Origin: Microbotryum violaceum
Taxonomy: Eukaryota
Reading direction: 5' to 3'
Length of the DNA stretch: 64,000 nucleotides
NCBI GenBank assembly: GCA_001244265.2
Contig: CDLV01000014.1
Location: 186,001-250,000, forward strand
The first letter of the stretch is position 1. Every line of letters starts with the position of its first letter. The notes below the pieces were generated by a model. The model searched no databases. It was not told where the DNA came from and saw only the letters and a program-made list of their open reading frames with translations. Of this stretch, positions 12,959 through 24,255 are shown piece after piece. The translations under genes and the position numbers were made by a program.

Positions 12959-13921
12959 TCATTGCGGTTTTCCATTCGGATATTTGGCTTGATAATCTTT
13001 TTCGCGTCGGAACAAGAGCTGTACACAACGATGGCGATCAGGATCGAACCTCAGACGGTAAGGACTCGCCTTGCAAAAACGACTGGGTTCTAGAACTTAC
13101 GATGTGCGGTTCCGGTGCGTGACATTCGAAGTGCGACCATCCCAGTGATTGTTGAATGCCTATTTGTTTCATCCCGTATCGAAGGAAATCAGTTGCAAAC
13201 CCCACAGGAAGAGGCAGCGAGCGTGGCGTACCGATGCCTCGCCACTCCGAATCGGTCAGCAGTCGCAATACTTGGCCATCAGGTTGAAAGTACTGGCAAC
13301 AGAAGTCACCTTGCGTGTCAGCTCCGAGAACAAAAAGATTGCTTGAAGGCGGGCGTAACTCACATTTGCAGGGACTTGTGAGGTTGTAGCCGATGCCCGG
13401 TAGCCGAGTGAGAACGCAGAAGTCGTTGGAAGGTCAGTACATGACCCACTTCGCAGTGAAACATGGCTGCCACGCATGGCCTATTACAACTGACTGAGTT
13501 TGAGTAGTCCCTGCATGGTCAAGATAGTTCAAGTCAGTGCCAATTTGAACGCAGTGGAGAAGTGCCTCGAGTTCCCCAACTGTCGAGTGGTGGAAAGCGA
13601 CTGACCTTGGGCAGAATCACGTGCCGATACTCATATGTATCGTCCGAGTATCGATCCGAGTAGTGCTGCATGCGTTACCGTGTCGCCATGACGTTTGAAA
13701 AGAAGGACCAATGACGCAAAGGCAAGGCATGCCGAAGAGAACAGGAACGATTCAGGTCAGTCTGTCACGCAGAGGTATTACAGCCGCCCATCCATATCGG
13801 TGGACCGCTCCAGATACCAAACGCACGATTCGGTCAACGTAGTCCTCGTCTAGAATTGCGATCGGTCATACGTGGCAGGCAGGGCATGCGTACGGCGTCG
13901 GATCGGTGTAGGGATTGCCAT
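12959..13921 (-). CDS. CKS1: Cyclin-dependent kinase regulatory subunit, seven exons
   Basis: Spliced product [105 protein letters not shown], which carries the canonical Cks1/Suc1 signatures. Confidence 0.93.
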
Positions 13922-14651
13922 GGCGCCCGCGACGGGAATGGAATGGCGACGCGATTCGACGCGACGACGCGTCATGTGCGAAGCCCAAGTGGGACCGAGC
14001 GAGTGCAGGAAGAGGTAGCGAGACAGAATCAGCAAGCAAGAACATCACCAGCCTCATTCACCCACGCAGAACTCACATGTGGCTCCTTCACCGGTAGGCA
14101 TCTTTGGTCGCTGGTCTCTGGTGTAGTGAGATGTAGGCGGGCGGCGAGGGATGCGCCGAACCGGGCTGCACGATGGACACGCCTTGACGTCGCCCCCCGT
14201 CGATAGCCCGCAGCTTAGGACTCCCTCGCGCTCAAAATCGCGTCCAGTCGCAAGGTCGATCTCCCGCGCGCCGGAGGGGTGTGAGGTCGGTAAAGTCGTC
14301 CGCGAGGGAGAAGTACAATGCAGCCAAATTCGTTTATTTACCGCTGATCCATCTCTTGTCGACTCAAGTCGGGTGAGAACGAATTCAGTAGGGAAAAGAA
14401 TACAAGCATCACCGGTGGAAGGGGTCAAAAGGCGGACAGGTAAGTTCCAGCAAGACTTGAAGGCGCTGCTGCGCATTTGCCCACCCCGCCCGTGCAATCC
14501 ACCTGGAAGTGTACATCCGAGTATTCCAATGCAATTCAAAGTAAATTGGCTTTTAAAGCCGCTAACTAGTAATTTCACAAAGACACAGCCACTCTCCCCT
14601 ATCTTCCCTCGGTAACATCCGAGGCCATTCCCGTTCCGACCAGCAAGTTGC

Positions 14652-15413
14652 TCAAACAGCCAATCCCTTAGTCAAGAAGGCACACTGCCTGACCACAACG
14701 TGTGAGTCCTTCAAGGTCGAGTCCAACCAGGCGATCGCCTGAGGCGAGTACAAAGACTGGGTTTGGGCGTGCGTTGTTCTACCGTTGCGGGTTGTGAACT
14801 CGATCCTAGCACCTTCGTCGCACCACGTCTGTGCCGTCTTGAGCGCGGGCCCGTACGGGACCGTCTCGTCGGTACTCGTGTGGAACATGTAGAGCTGAGG
14901 GCGCGTGGGAGTCTCCTTGGGGTTCGTGGCGAGATTTCCCATGTTCATGTACTTGGCGACGATGGGATCCTTCAAGAGGTTGGGCCCGAGGCTCGTGAAG
15001 TTGGTGGTGAGCAGTGAAACGCCAGCGAACGATCCAAAGTCGGCGATCGCGCATTGAGATTGGGCCGTGGCGATCGCAGCTTTTCCCTGAGCGGTCGCAA
15101 TTTGCTTCCGGTTTGAGCGTAGAAAGGATCCTTGTCGGGGAAGGTAGTCGAATTAACCACGACTGCGGTTGGGTGGAAGCGGTAACCGGTATCAGAAAAG
15201 AGAGCGTCGGAGAGCGAGGTACAGCTTCGACAGACCACCCAGATACTATTTCTAGCCTGAGAGAGGATCCGCGTGGTAATCGGACTGACCTGGGACAGGG
15301 GTAGCGGCGACAGCAGAAAGTGAAGCGAAAATGCTTGCGGCGACGAAGGCAATCCAAGCGCCGGTCAGTAGACGTGAGCTACCATTGCGAGAAGACCCGG
15401 TGTGGCCGAACAT
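14652..15413 (-). pseudogene. Secretory lipase (LIP family) pseudogene with a large internal deletion
   Basis: Signal-peptide-like N-terminus (WIAFVAASIFASLSAVAA) and 'PDKDPFY' are joined out of frame near 15105-15112 to a C-terminal part containing 'ETPTRPQLYMFHTSTDETVP', 'TWCDEGARIEF' and 'THAQ...AIAWL'. The GxSxG nucleophile region is absent. Confidence 0.7.
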
Positions 15414-15991
15414 GGCGGACTGGTGCAACTGTTGGGAGATGAAAGGGAATAGCGGAGATGGCAAGAGGAAGAGAAGGGTCGAATGCGGAGAATGGGGAAA
15501 ATATGGACGACACGGCGGTGGGTTGTAGGAACCCCACACGCTTAAGTCGGACGAGGCCCCACACCGGGGTGCGGTCCGCCGATCGTTGAGAAGTTACAGT
15601 GTGTGAGCGAGGTGCTGGCGGGGTTCGTGGACCTGTCGCGGGCCCGGGTCACGGGTACCACATAAGCGATCACATTTGACTCTGTCGCTGTTGCTTCGGG
15701 CTGCTTGATCATCACATCGTTCTCTGCACGTTCTGGAAGCGTGATTGGCCTACAGGCGTGAAGCTGCAGGCAGTTCAAATGAAAGTGATGCTATTCTGGG
15801 TTTGGCCGCGTGAGCGCGCGAAGCCCATCCATGGCGGTGATCGATGATTGTGCGCTTCTGAGACGCTGAGACAGTGGGCCTCGCTTCCGGCGACGGGCCC
15901 GAGGCCGAGTGCTGCGGGCCCGGGGCCGCCGGTCACGAGGCAGCAAACAGCATCGAAGGTGCACTCTTTGGCCTAGAGCGTCTAATGGTAC

Positions 15992-17460
15992 CTATACTAC
16001 CCTGATGCTAACTACACATCGGAAACGTGGGGAAAGGCTTTGACGGGCGCCAGTTGACGGGTCAAGACATAACCCTGCATTTAAATTGACAACAGCTTCC
16101 TGCTCTCCCGACCTACCGATATCTGGTCTATTCGACGCAAGACAGCGCTGCTTCGACAACTTCTGCGCATGTCTCCTGCCCGATCCCTCCCTCCACTCCT
16201 CGTACCAGTAGGTAGCTGTACTGTACTCGCACGATTGTGGTTCTCGGTACATCAAGCCCTCAAAATTTATTTCTCTCACCTCCAGCTGTTGACGATTGAT
16301 GCCAGGTCTGCGTCCTACTTCCTGATTTGACGGCCTCTTCGCTGAAAATTTGCTTCGCGATCGCGTTGAATGCCGGGATTAAGGTGTTCACGAGCTCCGA
16401 AACATGGGTTTCGAAATTCTCTAAGTCTATATAACACAGCCTGGGAAGCAAAACTTTGTCTTCAATGCTCCGACTCTGCGTGCATCTGAGATCGAGTCGA
16501 TCGCAGCACGCCTACTAGACGGAGCGACGCCACCGGGGCGGCACAGGGAGCGTGGCACCAGGTGTGCGCTTCCTAAGACTATGGGTATAGTTTGTATCAT
16601 CCGTGTCCCAGAAACCTCCCATTGTATCGGCAATTGAAGGCGATGACCAACTAAGTATCGCAGAACCGACGCGAGCGCGGAACATAGACTTCCGATAAGA
16701 GAGAGGTAGCGACGCCGAGAAGTCAGGACCACAATGCAGAGCGAGTGATGAGAAAGCTCCAAGAGTGAACAGTCACGCGGGTAAAAACGCCGGCGCGCTT
16801 CCTAACTCAAACAGACCAAACTTCAGTACCAAAGTGACTAATGCCTAAACGCAGCGCGCCCGCGCAGATACCACAGGCACAGCATATCAGATGACACTCA
16901 GATTCAATAAGGCACCGCCACGACTTGAGCCCCTTTCGACTTGGGCTTCGCCCAAAGGTCAGCCGGTACAAAGCCGCATTTCGCAAATTCTTGTGTGCCA
17001 GCCTTCGCCAATTTCTCGATGCCGTAAAGAAATCCGTAAGTTTCGCACAAGGTTTCCTTCTCTGATACGTTGTCCTGGAATGGAGAGAAGGTGAGCAGTG
17101 ATGGGTAGTGGGTTAGCTCGACCTTGATTGGTTCTAATTCCACTGGCTTCATCCACTGACCTGGTCGCAGCTGTGGGTGAGATCCATGGTACGATCATTC
17201 ACCAACAAGCGCATGAAGTGCACCGGCGTAGAAGTGAGCTTGGACTTCAAGTCTCACCAGAATCCGTTACCAGTGGCGCTCGACCACCATTTGACCGGCG
17301 AAAGGGACTATTTGACTGATGACGAACGATCGCATTGGGCATGGCGGGGTCGTGCTCAGAGCAGCGTCCTGGAAGAGTCCTAGCAGCGTCATAACGGCAA
17401 GCAGCTGATCGTCGGAGGTGAAGTCAAGTTCTTCAGAAGAGGGGACAATGGCTCAAACTC
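15992..17460 (-). pseudogene. Eroded coding remnant(s) of unknown family
   Basis: Protein-like frames interrupted by stops, plus one well-formed intron (GTCAGT at ~17160, GCTAAC, TTCCAG at ~17075). No recognisable motif. Confidence 0.25.
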
Positions 17461-17598
17461 TCGTTCTGCACTCCTTCTCGGGGAAGAAATATGCAAGAGC
17501 CAATCAGGGAGGCCCATGCGTCAAACATTTTCCACAAGAGTACATTACACCGCTCAATACGTGTCTAGATCCAACACCTAATACTTCAAACATCTGAT

Positions 17599-18200
17599 TT
17601 ATATGGTAAAAATGGCCTGACAGTGAGAATCGTTATAAGGTACGTATTCCTGTGTCAATCCCTTCGTCAAAAATGAGCAACTTGCGATGAGCGGCGTTTT
17701 GCTCTTCAGAGCCGAGTCGAGCCGTGTGATCGCTCCTATTCCTCATAGCACTCGCGTTTCGATACGATCCGTCCCGGCAATTCGAGTGGTGAACATGGTC
17801 TTAGAGACGGATGAACGAAGGAGCTGAGCGTCCTTGAAGCTGTCTTGGGTTGGAACAGGTAAAGGGTCTGCGGTCGCGTCGGAGTCCCTCTACGATTCGA
17901 GCCCAGGTGTTTGCCCAGACTCGGGAAGTTGGTGTTCAGAAAATCGACGCCATCGTACATTGCGATGTCCTCGATCGAAAACTGCGCTTGAGATTGGAGG
18001 AGGGTCACTTTACCCTCGGCGGCCGCAAGTGCCTGGGAGCGCGAGTACAAGTCAGTGTAAGATGCGGATCCGATACGCTACACCGGCGACCGCGAGGCTG
18101 GCATGTTGGGCTCCACGTTTCCGGAATGCCACGGGGGCCAGAGCCCTGTAGGGTGCCCACCATGAAAGGAGGTGTATGACTTTCGGTCGGCGCAATGATA
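17599..18200 (-). pseudogene. Second, more decayed secretory lipase remnant (C-terminal half), paralogous to 14652-15413
   Basis: Collinear similarity to the first copy: 'AAEGKVTLLQSQAQFSIEDIAMYDGVDFLNTNFPSLG' vs 'TAQGKAAIATAQSQCAIADFGSFAGVSLLTTNFTSLG'; 'GTPTRPQTLYLF' vs 'ETPTRPQLYMF'; 'AITRLDSALK...CSFLTKGL' vs 'AIAWLDSTLK...CAFLTKGL'. Frameshifts and an in-frame stop are present. Confidence 0.65.
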
Positions 18201-18435
18201 CATAACTTCATGTTATCTTGCTTACATCGTCGACTACTCCTTCGCCTCTCGTCGAGGGGATGTGTTGACAGGAGTCACCCCGCACGCTGGCCAATTCAAC
18301 TCCACCCAGCGACTTCTCAGGCTCGAGACTAAAGTATAGGCTCGAGACTAATCTCAGAACTAGATTACTTGCGCCTAATTATGTACGTGGCCCATCTGAT
18401 ATAAAATATGGACACGTTTACCTGCAAAGGTCGGT

Positions 18436-19739
18436 CTATCCACCTCCGGTCGATCTGTTTGCCTCGGAACGGAGCCACACAGAATCAAAGTCGCTCTGCA
18501 CCCGATCTGCGTCAGGCCGATCAGACAACGTTACCAACAACCGCCTGTCAAATCTCTTTGCGAGGATATCCGCAATGATCGCGCCGATAGTCTTCTGCTC
18601 TTCGTGTTGCAGACTAAGCAGGTCGTCACCCTTCCAGAAGGTCCTGAGATCGAGCACCCGCAGCGTGGAAGGGAGATGATACAGCACAGGCACCATATTC
18701 ACGGGATTCAGCACAATCCTAAGACGGGTGACCGGTATACGTCGGAGCAAGGGAGTGTCGGCGTCATCTTGGTTAGGAAGGAAAAGCCCGCTGGAAAAGC
18801 AGAGCGTGTGCACCTGGGCAACCGATAACCCGTCCATGTCCAGTGAGTCCAATCTAGGGCATTCGTCTGCGAGGATGGCGAGCAGCTGGGCGAACCGCGT
18901 CTCATTAAGATCCCTTAGGTACGCGAGCTCCAGATGTTGGATCGTCGTGCAACACATGCTGAGCCCGGCAGCGACGTGAGTCGAAGGCTGTGGTAGACCG
19001 ATGTTGCGCAAGGCTAGGTGTGTGATCGAGGCAAACGTCTGAGCCCAAGATACAGGTGCAGGGAGCGAATTAGCCTTGAACGAAGTTGCCGAGATGACCA
19101 AATTTTCGAGCACTGGAGCAAGCCAGGAAGGGAACAGACGACGTGTGAGCGACGGGAGTACGGTCGTGAGGCTCTCGGTGCCGATTGAGATCCGGACTGA
19201 CCACCTGAGCCCATAATATGTTTTGGTCGCAGGTCATCGATCCTATGCAGCACCAGCTTTCGCAAGTTGGGTAGTAGAGAGAGTAACCGGGCGATGGCGG
19301 GGCCCCAGTGCTTCTCGTTCGTTCGGAGACACACGATGTAGAGCGAGTGGATTGACAATGACCAGTCCACGGCGTCGTCACATTGATCTTGATTGGACCG
19401 CAGGTTATTGGCACCATGCTCAATGTTAGTGAGGATTCGGTGGTTTCGATAAACCTTCGTACGAGATCGTTCCGAGAGTAGGGTGGTCAACTCGGCCAAG
19501 CTCTGCAACGAGGTGACACATGGCGCGGTGCCATAGAGTGCCGCGAGTGCTGGCCAGGTGAAGGACGAGTGCGATGCAGCGGCTTGGACGAGATTGGCTT
19601 GGACTCGACGCGTCGTCGGCGCACGTAAAGACAAGGACGGCTGGGTTGGACCTGGTCCAAGCTTGAAAATTGGTCGGTCGGCTGGCACGACGAGCAGCTC
19701 GAAGATGCTGAGGAGCACCTCGGGCGGCAAACAATCCAT
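18436..19739 (-). CDS. F-box / leucine-rich-repeat-like protein, two exons
   Basis: N-terminal 'MDCLPPEVLLSIFELL' F-box-like motif and LxxLxL units (LPNLRKLVLH, ITHLALRN, IQHLELAY, LDSLDMD, LRVLDLR). Intron ~19112-19202. Confidence 0.7.
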
Positions 19740-19938
19740 TCGAGCTGCGAAGCCCTAAGGCCTGGGTACCATGCTCTGGCTTCCAGGAGGCCCGAGACCC
19801 CTGGGAAGTTTTTGCTGGTCAGGGGTCTGGGAGTCTGAAGCTAGTGAACCTTGAGGACGTCGTACCGGAGAGCGCCTAGCCGAACGCCCAAAGGTGATCA
19901 GTGATCGAGCCTGTCGCTCGCTCCTTTTGTCTGGCGCG

Positions 19939-19971
<33 letters not shown>
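19939..19971. repeat. Tandem heptamer (GCTGAGC)x4.7 in the divergent F-box/peptidase intergenic region
   Basis: gctgagc-gctgagc-gctgagc-gctgagc-gctga read directly from the sequence. Confidence 0.9.
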
Positions 19972-20104
19972 TCTGAACAGAACGGCCGAGCGCGGCCGAG
20001 CGCTTCCCTTTCTCCTTTCGAGTTCGCGCTTGTTCCCGATCGTCATCACTCGCACGCTGCTTCTCGTGTGGCCCGCGTTGCTCGCTGTGTGTACTCTTAC
20101 GCGA

Positions 20105-23100
20105 ATGCTGTCGACCGCAGTAGCTGCCAGAAGACCGCTCTCAGCTCTTGCTTCGTCCCGTTCGCCATCCTCGTTCGGTCGCCCCTTTGCTGCCCTCGCT
20201 TCGTCATCGCGGTCAAGCTCGTCTGGCACCTCGAATCGCGCAGTAACTCGCTCGGACACCCGCTCCACCTCACTGCTCTCCTATCCCCATTTTTGGTCGC
20301 ACAACCCCTCCCTGTTCTCGCGTTCTGCTTCTTGCTCAGTCGCACGTCGATCGTGTCCTCTTTTCTTGGTTCGCAACATGGCCACCCAGCTCAACGGCAC
20401 GACCACCACCAATGGACTCAGCAATGGCCGTGGTACCCCTCGGTCCCGTCAGCCCAATGCGCCTTCGCCCTTCATCATCACCGACGGCGACCCGCTCGAC
20501 CACCTCCTCGATGGTTACAAGGTTCGCAACGACCTCGACATTCCTTATGCCGTCTTTGAGCACGAGATCGAGAACAGTCCGAACGACGATCGTCAGCATC
20601 GGTCAGTGCTAATCAGCTCGCTCTGTCCGCTGACGGAACGAATCACTGACCTACTTGCCCTTGTTTCCCACTCTTCCAGCCTCGTGATGCTGAAGAATGG
20701 CATGGAAGTGTTGCTCATCTCGGACCCCAAGGCGGACAAGGCCGCAGCCGCGATGGACGTCAAGGTTGGCCATCTATCCGATCCCGAGGACCTCCAAGGC
20801 CTGGCCCATTTTTGCGAGCATCTCATGTTCATGGGAACCGAAAAAGTGCGGTTTCATTGTCGGCACAATACGTACCGCGCCTTTGCTAACCCGCCTATCC
20901 GTCCTTGCAAACAGTACCCGAAGGAAAACGATTACACCGAGTTCCTGACCCAGCACTCGGGCTCATCCAACGCCTTCACTGGGCTCGATCAGACATGCTA
21001 TTACTTTGATGTCGAACCCGCCTCTCTGTTTCCCGCACTGGACCGGTTCGCGCAGTTCTTCATTGCTCCGCTCTTTGATCCATCCTGCACGGCGAGGGAG
21101 GCCAATGCTGTTCACTCGGAAAACTCCAAAAACTTGCAGTCCGATATGTGGAGGTTCTTCCAGCTCGATAAGAGCACCAGCTCAAAGTCACATGCTTACT
21201 GGCGCTTTGGGACGGGTAACAAGGACAGTCTCGGCTTTGAACCGCCGAGGGAAGGGCTCGATGTGAGGGAGCGCTTGCTCGACTGGCAGGCCAAGCATTA
21301 TAGTGCCAACATTTGCAAACTCGTTGTTCTCGCCAAAGGTCAGTACTATCTTCCTGTGTCATGATCGTCAACATAGGCTGATTTTCTCTTACCCACGCTC
21401 TCCGAAGACCCCTTGGACGTGTTAACTCGCCAAGTCGTCGAAACGTTCTCTCCCGCACCGAACCGCCACCTCTCCGCGCCCGAGTTTCCCGGGTCGCCGT
21501 ACTCTGCCGACGAGGTACAGCGAATCCTCTACGTCAAATCGGTCAAGGATACCCGCCACCTTGAACTGAGCTTCCCCTTCCCCGACGAATCGGCATACTA
21601 CGCCACCAAACCTGGCAGTTTCTTATCACATCTGATCGGACACGAAGGCGAAGGCTCGATCCTCAGTCTGTTGAAGAAGAAGGGGTGGGCCAACTCCATG
21701 TCGGCTGGCGCGGGCAACGGTGCCCGTGGTTTCGAGTTCTTCAAGATCAACGTCGACCTCACTGTCGAAGGCCTCCAGCACCACGAAGACGTGTCCGCTG
21801 TCATCTTCGCCTACTTCGACCTTTTGAGGTCTCACCCGCCTTCCGAATGGGCATTCGATGAAGTAGCGCAGTTGTCGAAACTCGCTTTCCGCTTCAAGGA
21901 GAAGGGATCGCCAACGAACACCGCGATGGGTTTGGCCCTGTCCATGTCCAAGCCCTTCCCACGAGAAAAGCTCTTGTCGGCCCCTTGGCTGAGCACTGAA
22001 TGGAACCCCGAGATTGTTGTCGACTTGATTGGCAAGCTCAAGCCGGAGAACTGCAGGATTCTCGTTGCTGCGAATGAGCCGATCGGGGATCGGGTCTATG
22101 ATCAGAAGGAACGGTGGTACGGCACAGAGTACACGATCGAGCCCATGTCGGACAAGTTGCTTAAGGTGAGCGAAACTTATGTACACGGTGCACTCCAAGC
22201 TCTGCTGACCAACTCGGATCCTTTTTCCAGCATGCCTCGGCCGAAACCTACCCGGAGTTGCATATGCCCAAACCCAATGCGTTTGTTCCGAAAGATATCG
22301 AAATTAAGAACAAGACTGAAGTGGAAAAGGTACGCTCTCTCTAATCCTCAGGCACCATTGACTGTGACTGACCTTCGCCTGACCCCTCTGCAGCCGGCCA
22401 AACGACCTCTCAGCCTGCGCAACACGCCGATCGCTCGCTTGTGGTACAAGAAGGACGATCGGTGGTGGGTCCCTCGAGCAGGCGTGTTTGTCCTTATCCG
22501 ATCCCCGATCGTCGACGACACTCCCCTGCACTCGGTCCAATCCCGACTCGTTACCGAGCTCGTTCGTGATGCTCTCGCGGAGTACTCGTACGACGCCGAA
22601 TTGGCCGGCCTGAGCTACACTTTCGAAATCCAGGGTGGTGGTATCATTGTCACCTTCGACGGCTACAACGACAAGCTTCCGTTATTGGCGCAAGTCGTCA
22701 TTGACAAATTAATGAACTTTACGATCGATCCCGAGCGATATGAGCTGATCATGGATCAGGTGAGCGAGAACAGCTAGTCATCGTTGCGTAACTCTTAGCT
22801 GACTCTTTTGGTTTCCGACCCATTCAGCTCCGACGCGCCTATACCAACAACCGACTCGACCAACCTTACAACCATGCCATGTTCACAGCGGGCTACCTGA
22901 CGACCGAGACGATGTGGACGCGTGAGGAGCAACTCGAAGAGCTGGCCAACATCACCGTTGAGAACCTCACCGAGTACAAGACCAACATCTTCAAGCGAGG
23001 TCACATCGAGATGCTTGTACACGGGAACATGCTGAAGGACGAAGCCATTTCGATGTGCAAGATGGTCGAGACGACCGTCAATCCCCAGCCACTTACCCTG

Positions 23101-24042
23101 GAGGAGCTTCGATCCCGACGAGCCCTCATCCCTCACCGTGGTGACGCTTTGACACGCTCCCCTGTTTACAACCCGTCGAACGATCAATCCGCGATTGAGC
23201 AACTGACTTATATCGGTAATATCTACGACGACCTCGAGCGGTGCAAGCTTTCTCTGTTTGCGACGATCGTCTCGGAACCCTTGTTCGACACATTGCGCAC
23301 ACAGCAACAACTAGGCTACATCGTCAGTTCTGGCACGCGCCGTTCAATTGGCTTCATAGCGTTCCGCCTCATCGTCCAGTCCGATCGAGATGCGACGTAC
23401 GTCGAGCAGCGCGTCGATGACTTTTGGTCCGAATACCTCACCGTCCTCGAGACCATGTCGGACGAAGAGTTTGGCAAATACCGCAGCGCCGTTGTTTCCA
23501 AGAAGTTGGAAGACCACAAAAACATGTGGGAGGAGTCGTCCTTCTTCTGGTTGGCGATCCAAGCGGGGTGGTACGACTTTGAGCAAAAGGCGAGGGATGC
23601 GACGGTCGTCGAAAGCTTGACTAAGGACGATATCATTGATTTCTTTAAGCGCCACTTCTTGGACAAGGAGAACAGGAGGAGGATTTCAGTTCATTTGAAC
23701 TCACAACGGTTGGATACCGATCGACTGGCGCGCTTGGGCCCGCTGGTGCAGCAGATGGGCCTACCCGTTCCGCAGGAGGAGATGCAAAAGCTCGTCGCCT
23801 CCCGACCGACGTTGGAGCAGCTCAAGTCCGTCGCTGGAGAAATGCTGAAGCAAGCGGGGCAAGACGAGGCAATGGTCGAGGCCGTTTTGGCTCAGGTCGA
23901 ACAAGTCTTGACGACAAGGACCGCCCCGGACGGTGTCAAAGTCGTCGAGGAGGCCCAACGCACCGAGTTCAAAAACTCGCTCGAGCCTGGTCCTTACGCC
24001 ACGCCCGTGGCCGAATATTCCGATTTACTCCAAAAGTTCTAG
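20105..24042 (+). CDS. STE23: M16A zinc metalloprotease (insulysin/IDE, Ste23-like), multi-exon
   Basis: Inverted zincin motif 'GLAHFCEHLMFMGT', 'SNAFT', 'SHLIGHEGEGS', 'LWYKKDDRWWVP' and 'FDTLRTQQQLGYIV' across ORFs 20030-21364, 21413-22777 and 22879-24042. Alternative ATG at 20378. Confidence 0.92.
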
Positions 24043-24255
24043 AAAGCGATGCTTCTTGTCTTTAACGTATGTAGATTTGACACTACCCCACTTGTGCTTA
24101 TATCAATATGCACCGCTAGTCTCATCCGCTCTGTGCAACGATTGCGCGATCTCGCACAAGCTGAACGCTGAGGGAAGATGGGAACGACTTGAATGCAAAC
24201 AAACTTGATGCGAACGGGACGAGGTTGAGTACATATACAAAAATGGAATAGCTGT

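Noticed and set aside
12010-13026. 338-aa minus-strand ORF
   Set aside because: It overlaps the RPA34-like last exon antisense and the CKS1 last exon in another frame, starts at a non-ATG codon, and has no motifs.
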